Origin: the human T2T-CHM13v2.0 reference genome, Homo sapiens
Direction: 5' to 3' (one strand)
Length of the DNA: 64,000 nucleotides
Assembly: GCF_009914755.1 (NCBI RefSeq)
Contig: NC_060927.1
This document shows positions 45,351-57,941 of this stretch, one piece after another; positions within the stretch are counted from its first letter, which is position 1; each line of letters opens with the position of its first letter. The position numbers were made by a program, and so were the translations under genes. The notes beneath the pieces were generated by a model, which was given only the letters and a program-made list of their open reading frames with translations, ran no database searches and was not told the DNA's origin.

Positions 45351-46529
45351 AAAAACAAAAACGAACAAAACATTGTCTCATGAGAACTTGATACTCACAC
45401 TGTATCAAGGTCACTGATTAGACCAAAGATGGCCACGGGCAATCTTGGCAAATGGCTATGCAGACCTCCGGAGCTAAAAATGCATGACTGACTGTGGGCC
45501 CTTTTGCCTCCAGAATGAAAGGAAGGGTCTTTTCTCAGTGTCACACCTTCTAACTTTAATCTCCCTTCTTTTCCCCACACAAAAGACTTGCTTTTTTTCA
45601 ACCAGACCTTTCCATGGCCAGGACTCTGTGAGCCATAACCATATCCACAAGTCTGCCCTCCCTGTTCTCTGCCCACATTTACATGGCATCCAAGTATCTT
45701 CTTTCATCTAAATTCAACCTTTGCCTAAAAACTCTGTCCACAATCCAATTCCTTCAAGCAGCAGTGTCCCCTGATATCCCCAGACCCAAGGGACCAGCCC
45801 TGCATCTGAATCCCTGCAGCAGCATCCTGTGTTTCTACTGTTGTGATGGCAAACTCCAAGCAGGCGGACAGGAAGGAATTAACAAGCCCAGCTATCTCTG
45901 CTCTCTCGCACGCTGTGTTTTCACCTCTCTGGTTAACTGAGTTCACTCATCTTCTCTTGGAATATTGATGTTGTCCCCATCATACCTTGATTCTCAGCTC
46001 TTCCTCAAGCCCCATTCTGGACAAGTCCCTCGTTCTCTGGTTCAGCTAAGCCAAGGTTGGATTTTTTTCAAAACGAGCTTTTCATAAAGCAAATAATAGA
46101 AAAGCAGAGCTAAGAGAGTACAGGTCTTTTCCTTTTTAACCCAAATTTCACTAAAGTCCAGCCACAGTTAATGCCTCTGGACACCTGTATCTTACACTTC
46201 ACCTCCATCTAAGTGAGATCTCTTCTCCTGACCCACTCGGCATGGCTTTTAGGTCCAGTGGGATTTCCAGCTCTTTTTTTAAGCCACTGTAGACTCTTGC
46301 ACTCTGCTATAAATACATTCTTCTTCTTCTTTTTTTGGTGGAGGTGGTATGGGTGCTAAATTACTGTGTTATTAAACCTGCCCTGGTCCCTGGTCATTGG
46401 GGATAAGGAAGATAATTAAAAATTGTAATGTTTTTAGTGTTTATTGCCAGACAAGTACTAAACAGTGCAAACCCATTATATTATTTATTTTTTCACAATG
46501 CTTTGAGGTAAATTATACCCAGTTAACAG

Positions 46530-46712
46530 ATGAGGGAGAGAGACAGGGAGGGCGACAAGGGTGAAAAAATTAACTATTGGGTACTATGCTCGGTACCTGG
46601 GTGTCGGGATATCCCCAAACTCAGCATCATGCAACATACCCAGGTAACAAATCTGCACATGTACCCATGAATTTAAAATAAAAGTTAAAGTTATATTTAA
46701 AAAAAAAAAAAA
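46530..46712 (+). mobile_element. Older L1 (L1PB/late L1PA-like) 3' end
   Basis: aaaaattaactattgggtactatgctc..tacctgggtg...gtaacaaatctgcacatgtacc...aaaataaaagtt, then poly-A. Confidence 0.88.
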
Positions 46713-46810
46713 TGATACAGAGGGACTCCATTATGTCTATTATCTAGTTTTTCACAAATATTTTAAAACAAAGTCATTTCTATTTGTGTGTACCTGCATA
46801 GTCGTTTGAC

Positions 46811-46849
46811 AGGCCCAACCTGAAAAAAATTTCTTTTCAGGTTGGGCCT
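46811..46849. repeat. Inverted repeat: 16-bp arms, 7-nt spacer
   Basis: aggcccaacctgaaaa-aaatttc-ttttcaggttgggcct. Confidence 0.97.
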
Positions 46850-48389
46850 TTCTCAGTTTTTGCCTTTTGAGCAGTCATATGCTTACAATTTTTTTTTTTC
46901 CTCTCTGGAGAGAAAAAAATACTGGACAATTCTTGGAAAAAAGAATATTTAAAAAATCCCCAAATAAAAACACCACAATTGTTTACTATAAATACATTGT
47001 TTAAAGTATGTAAAATAACTACAATAGTTAAATTATTTTACCTACTCCAAAATATTTGTTACTTATTATGCAAAGCCTATAGAAAAATGTTTCAAATATC
47101 ACTATTACAATTGATACTTATAATACAGCATGATGTATGCAAGTGTGTGGTGCACATATTATGTTTGTGGTTACTTTAACTTGTAGATCATAAACTGTGT
47201 GTCAAAAAAAAAAAGAAAAAAAAAAGAGAAACATAAGACCAGAGAGGATAAATTATAAAGATTATGTGACATGTGTAGGTAAAGTCCTTAGCACAGCACC
47301 TGAAACATGATAGTTATTCAGTAAATGGAAACTAAAACTATTATTATATCTATAACACACTGCCCCCAGGCATAAGAGAATATATTTTCTCAATGGAAAG
47401 CAAAGATTCCTTTCTCCCAGTGATCTCAAACCATTGGTCGTCCTCTTTACAGAAACACTAAGAAAAGTTGCAGCATCCTCTCTTGAACCCAAAGGGATCT
47501 AAGGCAGTCAACTTTAATTGTACAAAAAGCAAACTGAGGACAAGAGGGGTACATGGTTTATCTGCAGTTACACAGATGACATGCAGGTGAGAATCCTGGC
47601 TCTTTCCAATGGCAAATGTACTTGAGCAACTATGACTCTGACTCTTACCAAACATTCACCCATGCCTTGCCAATTCTCAATGCAGGAATGGCTGCCTAAG
47701 AGGCCAAATATTGAGCTAGGGGGAGATGATGATACTGGTGGTGATACTATCAATGAAGAAAATGGTAACTAACACTGAATCCCAACTACGATTGGTTCTA
47801 AATTACTTTATATAAACAGAAAGTTTATGTAATGTGGTCAAGGTCACACAGCCTGGATAGAATCCCTTCACTGTATTCAAGAATGACATACACACAAAAA
47901 GTCCACTAATCCATAGACGTATGGATTTGGAGTTCTTCCATTCACCTGGAACTAGAACTACTTGCTTGACATGACCGATTAAAAAAAATTAGACACGTAT
48001 AGAAAAATATATTCGGTTAATCTAAACCACACAAAAAGGTAACTTTGTAATGAACTTTAGAAAGATTACATCTTATGGAGGCAAAGAAATACAGATTTGA
48101 TTGGTTTGGTTGAGAAATTAGTAACTCTTTAAGAGGGAATCTGAAAAAAACTTTGGTCATCTGATACACAGTTGTGCTCACAGAGTTGTGCTCAAAAAGT
48201 GACAATGATCTTTTGAACTTCCAGTAACCATGGTTTAGCATAAGATGGAACTTGAGTCTCCAGGCATGAAGAAGTAAGGATTCTCTGGGAATATGGGGGA
48301 ATTACTGACCCTGAGAGAATAACAGAAATTACAAAGAAATAGAAGTTTGCTTTGAAAAACATTAATGTATGTCCACAGAAGCAGCATAC

Positions 48390-48600
48390 ATAGTGGTTGA
48401 ATGCACACCAATCACTGTGTCTGGATTTGAAGCCCAATTCTACCATTCGCTAGCTGTGTGACCTGAGACAAGTTACTTAACCTCTCTGTGTCTTAGTTTC
48501 TTCTTCAATAAGAATGGGAGGAACTGAAAGTACCTATGTCAAATTGATACATGTAAAGTGCATAGTCTAGAGCCTCACACTCAATAAGTAACAAGTGATT
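48390..48600. mobile_element. MIR
   Basis: ctagctgtgtgacctgagacaagttacttaacctctctgtgtcttagtttc. Confidence 0.85.
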
Positions 48601-48762
48601 TTGAAAAGTGCTGTATAACTATAGATTATGAAAGTAATAACTTCATGGTAGAAGATATGTAAAATGTATACATGAATTGGGAGAAAAATAAAAAATATGA
48701 CACCATCACCTGCAATGACACATTGTCAGCATTTGGGGATATGATTAAGAAAAGAAATTTTT

Positions 48763-49082
48763 GGCCGGGCGTGGTGGCTCACACCTGTAATCCCAGCAAT
48801 TTGGGAGGCCAAGGCGGGCGGATCACCAGGTCAGGAGATCGAGACCATACTGGCTAACACAGCGAAACCCCGTCTCTATTAAAAATACAAAAAAAAAAAT
48901 TAGCCAGGCGTGGTGGCAGGCGCCTGTAGTCCCAGCTACTCTGGAGGCTAGGGCCAGAGAATGGCGTGAACCCGGAAGGCAGAGCTTGCAGTGAGCCGAG
49001 ATGACACTACTGTACTCTAGCCTGGGCCACAGAGTGAGACTCTGTCTCAAAAAAATAATCAAATAAATAAAAATAAAAAGAA
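48763..49082 (+). mobile_element. AluY
   Basis: gagatcgagacca..ctggctaacac, aatggcgtgaaccc and gagcttgcagtg diagnostics. TSD aagaaaagaaatttt. Confidence 0.95.
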
Positions 49083-49101
49083 AAGAAAAGAAATTTTCTT
49101 G

Positions 49102-49475
49102 GGCCAAGCACTGTGGCTCACGCCTGTAATCCCAGCACTTTGGGAGGCCGAGGCAGGGAGACCGCTTGAGCCCAGGAGTTGGAGACCAGCCCAGGCAACA
49201 TGGCAAAACTCCGTCTCTACTAAAAATACAAAAATTAGCCAGGTGTGATGGTGCACACCTGTAGTCCCAGCTACTTAGGAGGACGATGCATGAGAATCCC
49301 TTGAACCCGTGAGATGGAGGCTGCAGTCGGCTGAGATAGCACCACTGTACCCCAGACTGGGTTACAGAGCAAGACTCTGTCTCAAAGAAAAAAACGAAAC
49401 AAACAAACCAAAAAGAAAAAAAACAAACAAACAAACAAAAAAAACAAAAACAAAAAAAAAAGAAAGAAGAAAAAA
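49102..49475 (+). mobile_element. AluJ-like with long A/C-rich tail
   Basis: gcttgagcccaggagtt and ggaggctgcagt diagnostics. Confidence 0.92.
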
Positions 49476-52400
49476 GAAAAGAATATTTCTTAAGCAAAAA
49501 CTGGAATCATTTTGTATGGTCTTTTGAAAATTACATTTTGAAATTAAAAGCACATTTTGAGTAGAGATTTTTTTTTCAAATCTAATTTCTATATTCAGGT
49601 TCCAACAAACAAACAGTTTCAGGAGCCAAACAACCCAGGCACCTCCACCCTACTGTGGAGTTTTCTGGAAAAGCTTTCAACGAAGGAGTCTGAACAGTAA
49701 ATGGCACTTGTCTAATTTTTACACTGTGCTTTAGAAACCCAGGAAGGAGGCCCACGGCACTCCAGAATTGAAGAATCACACAGTACCATACCAGGTTAAC
49801 AGCAGGTTTCAATTCTTTTGCCCCAAAGCATGAAACTACAGAGCAACCGCTGACTTAACTTTGCAGCGCCCATAAGCAGTACTGTATCTGTTTCTTCACA
49901 AAGAACAAACTTGACTTGATTTTTGTGGAAGTTAAATTGCCAACATCATATTGAGTTAAAGAGAAACAAAACAAAAATCAGAAGTTTCAGCCCATGCTGT
50001 ATCTTTAAAAAAAATACATCCTTTGACCCTAAATAGATTAAAATAAAGAACGATTAGTCTTCACCACCTCCTCCCTCCCCCAACCATCAACATCATGCAC
50101 TAGCTATATTTTCCAGGCCAGTTTCTTCATGGTAAAACACTTTCTCATGAGACTGCCTGTGGTCAGGGCTGACTATGTCACAGGAAAAAATGCTTCTCAT
50201 GATCTCTAGATCACAGCGCTTCCAGGTCTAGCCTGAGCATTAAATACAGACACACCCGGAAATTGTAAATGATTTTAACAACAGGACATTTTCCCACCTC
50301 AAAACTGGGATAATCTTTGCAGCCTACCTATGTCCCTGGGGTGTTCTGAGTATTAACAAGTTAGCATTAGTCAGGCACTTTGATTTCTACAGACAAAGGG
50401 CTCCGTATAAATACAAAGTATGATTATCCAACCCAACTGCCTTTTGGAGAGAGGCGGAAAGGCCACTGCTTCCATCCTTGTCTTCTCAAGGGCAAAGCAA
50501 CCTCCTAGTTATCTGCAGGGCAATACTCATGAAAGTTGCACTGTATCTGAGCCTCTGCTGCACCGTTCCCTTATATAGTCAAGGAAGAGGGAATCCCTTC
50601 TGTGTGCATATTTTCAATTCACATTCCAAAACAGTATAGGCAATGAAACAGATTTTCAGTTGTGATTTATAGGTCTTGATACGACTGGGCCAGGCACTGT
50701 GCTAGAATCACGCACATCACTTCTTCAGGATGTGGAGAAGTAAGGAAGCCCCTACAGAAAATCATGTTCCGGTATTTAAAGAATGTGCCAGTATGCGCAC
50801 ATATATCAGTGAATGCCTACATATTAAGAATGATTTCACAAAGCCATGCAAACCCCACTTGAGAACTAAAAAAAAAAAAAAACGCAAATTTTAAATCTAA
50901 ATTTAATATAGATTTGAGCCTTTCCCTTGGCCTCTGGAGGAATCAATTTGAGATAATGACAGCCTTGAAGATAATGAAATGGGTTACATAATATTAAAGA
51001 CTAGAAGGTATTTCTGAGGGACACAGACATATAAGTAGACTCTCTGTATTACAGCACCTGCCTAACATCTTTAAAGAGAGGGGCAAAATGTTGGCCTCTG
51101 ATAAATTACATTGTACCCTAGCCACAGACACTATGGTATACTTTCCTTTAGTTGAGCTATTCATGTTTAGCTTTAAACATCAGAATATAGCCTTCGACAA
51201 AACGGTAAGAGTCACTGGTTTGTCCAATGGTATTATTATTTAAAACACACACACATACACCACACAGTCGAACTACTGAGGCAGACATTCCTAAGTGAAC
51301 TGTCTAGAAAAAGCTAAATTAATGAACCAAGTAATCCTGGGAAATCCTGTCCCATAAAACCATTAGTTGCAATAGGCTAATTCTCAATAAAAAGCCTGGC
51401 AAATTCTCAGAAGGCAAAAAGCCTCCTGAGCCTTAAGGGTTAACTCACTTGCCTTAAAAAAAAAAAGACACATATAATTTCCTTTTATCATAAGACAATG
51501 CATTTATTATTTTCTGTATATCTGTTAAAGGGCATGGCTTTCGGAGTGGAAAACAAAACAGAACTTGGTCACATGTTTATTTGCTTCAGCTACTCCCTTC
51601 CCCTTCTGATAAATAATCAAACATGCCATCCAGAAAAAACAAAACGAGCGAGCTGGGAAATTTGATGGTCATCAAATAGACTAAGATACCAAGAAAAGCA
51701 GCCCACTGTTCCCACACTGAGTTTTCGGCCCCCACACCTACACTAACATCTGAGTAAATACCTTCAGTCACTCTTTCCATTTTCCCTGCAATTACTCCTA
51801 CTGTTAAACAAATTGTCCTTAAGGCAGTCGCAAACATCTTATTTTTTCTTGCAAAAGAGAACAACTTCTGAACATTCAAAAAAGCCACCATAGCGATAGC
51901 AATACACACACATGTACACACACATACATACAATTATTTTATGTATCTAAATGTTTCTTCTATGAGAGGTTTGGACAACCCCAGAGCATATTTCTTTCTC
52001 TATTCTAATAGATGCTGTTTTAGATACTAAAATTTAAAAATATTTAGACTGCGGACTAGCAAACGAGGTTCACAGTAATAACAATTCTCTTAAGATCAAA
52101 AGAGCTTATTTTCCATTTCCTGTCTATTCCCTGACCACCATATAGTTAAAAAAGAAATATTAACACCTGGCTTACCAATTAAACTGAAGTTGGGGGTCAG
52201 GGAAGGGGGGTGTGGAGGGAGGGGAGAGAGGCAAAAGGAGTGACTACAGACAGGAAAAGGTGGAACCTTTTTCAAAAATGTCAAATCATGTGTTTAAAAA
52301 GTCATTTCAACAGAAAGGACTAAGAGAGCCGTTAGATTGCTCTTCTACTCAGAGCCAGGAGGCAGCCCAAGTCCAAGGGCTTTTCCTGCTATACTGATTA

Positions 52401-53057
52401 TCCACAAGGAAAATTTTGAAAAGAGCCTTCCAACATCAAAGTTAACAACCATCACGGAAAGTGAGGCAGGCTTTCCCTTTCCCTCTGCAGCCCACTCCGT
52501 TGAAACAATAGGAATATGAATGAGATAATGACCGTGCGTGTTTCAGCAGTCTGACTTTTATTGGCATGAAATTGGTACAAATATTACCAAGACCGATTCA
52601 CAAATGATGACGGTGTCGTGATGCAAACATCAGGGGACAATTCTGTAGATGCAGAATTACAAAGGCACCATCCCCACATTCTCTTACTACTTGTGATAAC
52701 AGGAAGAAAAAGAAGGCAACACGAAACAATGTCACAGTAAGCAGAGAGAGGTTCCAATCTACGTTTAGCCTATAAAACTATCCTGACACCACCCGGCTGC
52801 TTACTTAGCTGATTATATCCAAAGACATATTTGAAAACAAGAGTGAATTAAACAAGGAGTTAGAAGGAAACGGTCCTCTCAAATCTCTAAAAAGAAAAAA
52901 GCCTCTGATGGAGAGAGGAGGGAAGGGGGAGGAAAAAAAGCAGTAAACAAGTTGGATCACCTTATTTCGCCCTTCAGAGAATGTCTGCACAAGAACGGAT
53001 CCCTAGTTTAAAAGTTTAACCCAGCAAAAAAATGTTTCTTTTTCTCTGGACACTTAC

Positions 53058-53243
53058 AGAGAAAATGAAGAGTTTGGCGAAGGGAGCCCGTACTGTCTGC
53101 CTTTGGATTTCCGTCTTCTTGCTGTAGATGGGTTCTGGCTGTTTCTGCGAAGCGGGGGTTGCCGAGTGGTAAAAAAGATGTTTGAATAAACAGGAAGTAC
53201 TGTGCGGCTGAAGCACACTCGAAGAGAAAACACACTGGAACAT
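53058..53243 (-). CDS. FOXP1: Coding part of FOXP1 alternative first exon (alternative 62-aa N-terminus)
   Basis: ATG at 53243 (gcaATG, purine at -3), 62 codons, then a gtaagt donor exactly at a codon boundary (TCT|gtaagt), in frame with the phase-0 exon at 35191. The peptide MFQCVFSSSVLQPHS...AKLFIFS matches my recollection of an annotated FOXP1 isoform N-terminus. Confidence 0.85.
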
Positions 53244-53700
53244 TGCCCTTTGTAGGCAACCTCAGGGAGGTTTGCCTCCACAGTAGCTGGCTGGGCTCTC
53301 ACTAAATGACAAAGAAACCACAAGAATTCCTCAAGTAATTCTTCACTTTCAAAGTTGAAAGATCAGTTGGAGCTTGCAGGTAATTTTCAAAGTTGCATTT
53401 AGCACTTAAAGAAATCTATTAATGCCACACATATCTAAACCGCTCCAGGTCTGCAAGCAGCGACACAGCACACGCAGTGCGCCCTGGCTAGACCAAGCCC
53501 TAGCCAAACACAGCTCATTCACGCAGACAAATACACACCAACAGGGTTTCGGGAAACCTGCTCTTGAGATATTTTTGTGGTGACATTTACATAGGCAGGA
53601 TGCTTTAAAAGAAAAAAAAAAGAAGAAGAAGAAAATTCAGATTTTGCAGACTTTAGAGGATTTTGTCACATGTATTTTTAAAGAACACATCGTCCCGTAT
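53244..53700 (-). promoter_or_regulatory. FOXP1: 5' UTR / internal promoter of the FOXP1 alternative first exon (TSS not determinable)
   Basis: Lies upstream of the alternative ATG in an ~8 kb Alu-free block with locally more CpG. Contains RUNX AACCACA (53316-53322) and two TCF/LEF-like TTCAAAG (53348, 53386). Confidence 0.6.
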
Positions 53701-56700
53701 TCCAGGGATATGCCCTGGATCTGGCTTTGACTGGCTGTCCTTTACATTTTCTTTCTCCACCATCAACCAAACTACCTGTTTATCTCCAGATGCCTAGCTT
53801 GCCTAATGGAACACTCCTTAACCCGCCCCAAAATGATTGTCACAGTCCTGTCTTCCGTCACCGGAGTAATTCAGCAAATACTGTGAAGAAAAGTAAACTG
53901 CTGAAGGCACAGCAAGTCAGCTTGAAAAACAGGAGGAAGAGTTGAACAGCCATATTCAATAACAAAAAAAAAAAAAAAAAAAAAAGGAGGAAGAAAAGGA
54001 TTCCTTCTGAAAATGTATTGCTCTTGTGGCAATGTTCTTCTGCCACAGAAGCTACTGATTTGTTATTTAGCATGGAATGCTGGACTGTCTGTCATCCAGG
54101 TGCTAATACTCGGCTAAAATAACTCATTGGGAGCTGTCAGTGGGATGTTTACATAGGCCCCAATCTTTTCTTCATAGAAGGAAATTTTTTACTGGAATTC
54201 ATCTTCTTTTGATCTCACATTCAAAGCAACGGCAGCTTGATAGACATTCAAGTCTGAAAGCAAATCCAGACGCTGAAGATAAACCGCCAGAAAATGACAG
54301 GCAGAAGCATCTAAAGCTTATAAAAATGAAGAGAACAGCATGTCGCCTGAGTATTACAATAGCAGAAATCAAGAGACATATTAGGTGGAACTGATCAGCC
54401 ACAAAAACAGTTCAAAAGGCAGATCATAGAAACAGAAGACTAGGCTGGGGGAAAAAATGGGAAAGATCTGGTTTACTGCCTCATCTCCCTTCTGAGTCTC
54501 ACAGTGCTTCCACGCCTGCCTTCTCCACTTTGGGGAGGGGTGGAGTATCCAATGCAAATGTTCCTCTCTAACTCAGCTGGTCCAGTTAGAGACCAGGAAA
54601 TGATTTCCTAGCAATCCCTTTTCAAGGGGCAGGAGAAAAAGGCAGACTCTTACCTTGCTCAGTGTCCAAAATCCTGCATTTTATTAGCATCCCCTGCAGC
54701 TGCTCTGCGTTGCAGTATCAAAAGGCACACAGCCTGGGCGCCATGAAAGTGGGCGGTCAGGAAAACCATCTCTCAACAGAAGAGCTATAAGTAGTTCGAG
54801 ATGGGGCTAGAGAGCTCTAAGCAGTCCAGTTCCCTAAAATGGCTAGTTATGGAATGAACACAAATGTTCCAGCCTCAGTCACACAAATAGATGTGTTCTG
54901 TCCTACAGATATGTAACTGCTTAACACCTAGTAGCTTTTAAGCCAACTAGGGCAGTTCTGTAAAGGAATTATCACAACTTTCTCAGAGACATGCAATTAA
55001 AAAAAATAAAGCCTCTTATTTTCAATAAAGTCAGTGCATACAATCAAATAGTAATTCTCCCAACAATTTTGTTCTTAAAGCTGTTTGTTAACAAACACTG
55101 AATGTGAACAGGCAGCATCAGGTTAAAGGGCAACAGAATTCCACATTATAATTTAGCCTGCGGTTATTCCTGATTGCAAGCACCCTCTGGGACTGCAAAG
55201 CAAGATCTTCTTTTGCAGCACGCTTGGATTTTTAAAATTAGTGCCCCTCTTTTTTTGCATAATAAACCAACATTAAAATATGGATTAAAAAATGTACAAA
55301 CCAATTTTTAAAAGCTGTAATCAGTTTAGCATTTGCCTTGTGCAAACGAGTCCTGGGTAACTAAGTTACAAATGCAAAAAACAACACAAACAAACAAAGC
55401 CAAAGCCCTACTGGATCCTAAGAGTGTTTTTTCAAGACACCTCTGCCATGCCTATATAGCTATCAGATGTGCTAAAGTCGATGATTTTCCTTTGAACTGT
55501 ACTAGTTCAATCTGTGAAAGTCGCCACAGTTGTTCTCTAACCATAAAAAAAAAAAAAGCAAGCAAACATAGTTGCTTTCAACACTTACTCCAAACATCTC
55601 CCAACTAAATATTCCATGTTGTTGCAATTGTTAGATTTACAAAAAACACAGAAAGGTTTGCCGTGAAAAGCGAAATGCAAATTCCCTTATACATTATAAA
55701 ATATGTTCTTCCTCTACAAAGAATGCTGCCACCACTGCTGTGATGCAAGCAGCAGCAACAGTCCATTTCTCATGGCCATTAGAAGTCTTTTTTAAAAAAT
55801 CTGACACGTATAAAGACCTTCATTAGTATAATTAAATGACTGTTGGGTTTTTGTGATATAAACAACTTTTGATATGTCATTTAAAAACCTCATAATAACA
55901 TCATTAAAGGGCCACCATTTTTAAAAGAGAAATTGTCTGCTCAGGGCCATGGAATAGTCGTCTCGCTCTGGGCCTCTTCCTCCTCTCCCTTTCAGACTTC
56001 TCCTGGACTTGAATGTCACCATAGACCTTGAATCCTTGAATGTGAAATGGCTTCACGCTAATTGCTGTAATTGCTTGAAGATGTGCAGGCAGGTGAAACC
56101 TGATCCCCGTGGCCATTGTAGAGACCAAGAACAACACGGAATGTTTACACAGTGGTTTGATTTTAATAGACAGAAGGGCTGAGTTTAAGACAGCAAAAAC
56201 ACAGCTAATAGGTGACCTCTTAATGTAGTCCTCCTCTAAATAAAAAAAAAAAGGACACACAACAAAATACAATTTCATGTTCTAAAAGGCAACATCCTAA
56301 ATACCAAGGTTATTTGCTTGACTCTTGGAGTTGAGTACACGTTACATTGCACCTGACATTTTATACCCGAAAGTCTACCCCGAATATGTGTGTGTGTGTG
56401 ATGTTTTTTTTTCACTTTAAAACAAAAAAACACTTTATATGTCAGTCACCTCACAAACAGATTATGACTCTATAGTATTTCCTAGTAAGTGCATTCATTT
56501 AAATTTTAAATTGAATATTTTTCACAGCTGTAATACTCCTTGTCCCTTAAACGGGAAGGCTTGGGTGTCTCCTTGTTTATTCCTTTGCCTATTCTGTCCC
56601 CACCCCCATTTATGGAATTCTTGACCCTTGTCCATTTCTTGATTGCAGCTGAAGTTGAGCCCAAACCCGCTCACACTGGTGCTTCAGACATTTGTCTAAA

Positions 56701-57008
56701 GGCTTTCAGTATCTTGTTTCTTTGTTGCTGTGTGGGACTGTGGTCTGCTTCTACCTAGACAGACTAAGGTGGCCGTTAGAGCAGCCAAAATAATTATTCA
56801 AAAACGGTGGCTATTCTCCTTGATATTTTTACAATTTCGAATGGACACCAAGGTTTAATGATGGCTCCCCAGGGCCCTCTCTTAACAGGGCACAAATGTA
56901 ACCAAGGCTGGACAAGAAATACATGATAGCAAGGCCAAGAGAAAAATACAGCAGCACCTCCAAGGTATCATTAACAAAAGGAAACCCACAAAGATTAGGG
57001 GAAGTGTT

Positions 57009-57050
57009 AGATAGGTATTGAGATAGGTAGGTAGGTAGATAGACAGATAG
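57009..57050 (+). repeat. Degenerate (TAGG/TAGA)n
   Basis: agataggtattgagataggtaggtaggtagatagacagatag. Confidence 0.75.
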
Positions 57051-57542
57051 CTCAAGGATCCAAATGTATAGGAGCATTTCATATATAGCCAAGGAAATAC
57101 TGCCAAACAGAAAATGAAAATGAAACATATACTACAGTAGGAAAAAATACAGCGAAACAATGGAATTATTTTAAGGTTAAGCTGGGCAATTAAAGCCAAA
57201 GATACACCTTGTAAATGAGAACAGAGAAGCACGAAATAGCCCATACAGCTGGGAGTATTGTCTAACTGCTGCTCTGCCAAGTTATGCTGTATATTAACTT
57301 CTGATGATGAAATACAAAATGCAGCAGAAAGGGGGGAAAAGCCCTCTTAAAGCTATGAAAACTTTAACTATATAAGCTAAGTAATAAATATAGGCACTTC
57401 TTTTCCTGGACTATTTGTACCCCCCAACACTGAAAGACAAAATAATGAAACAAAAATAACTGCATAGAACTTCCCTTTGAATCACAGCCACCTCACATAC
57501 ATTTCTAGACAATCCTACCTTCTTCTAAAAGTTATAATCCCC

Positions 57543-57941
<399 letters not shown>

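Noticed and set aside
48823-49497. Longest ORF in the track (224 aa)
   Set aside because: Antisense read-through of two tandem Alus and their tails; a typical Alu-derived pseudo-peptide.
53054-53323. 89-aa overlapping minus-strand ORF
   Set aside because: TTG start and out of frame with exon 7 at the donor; no similarity I recognise.
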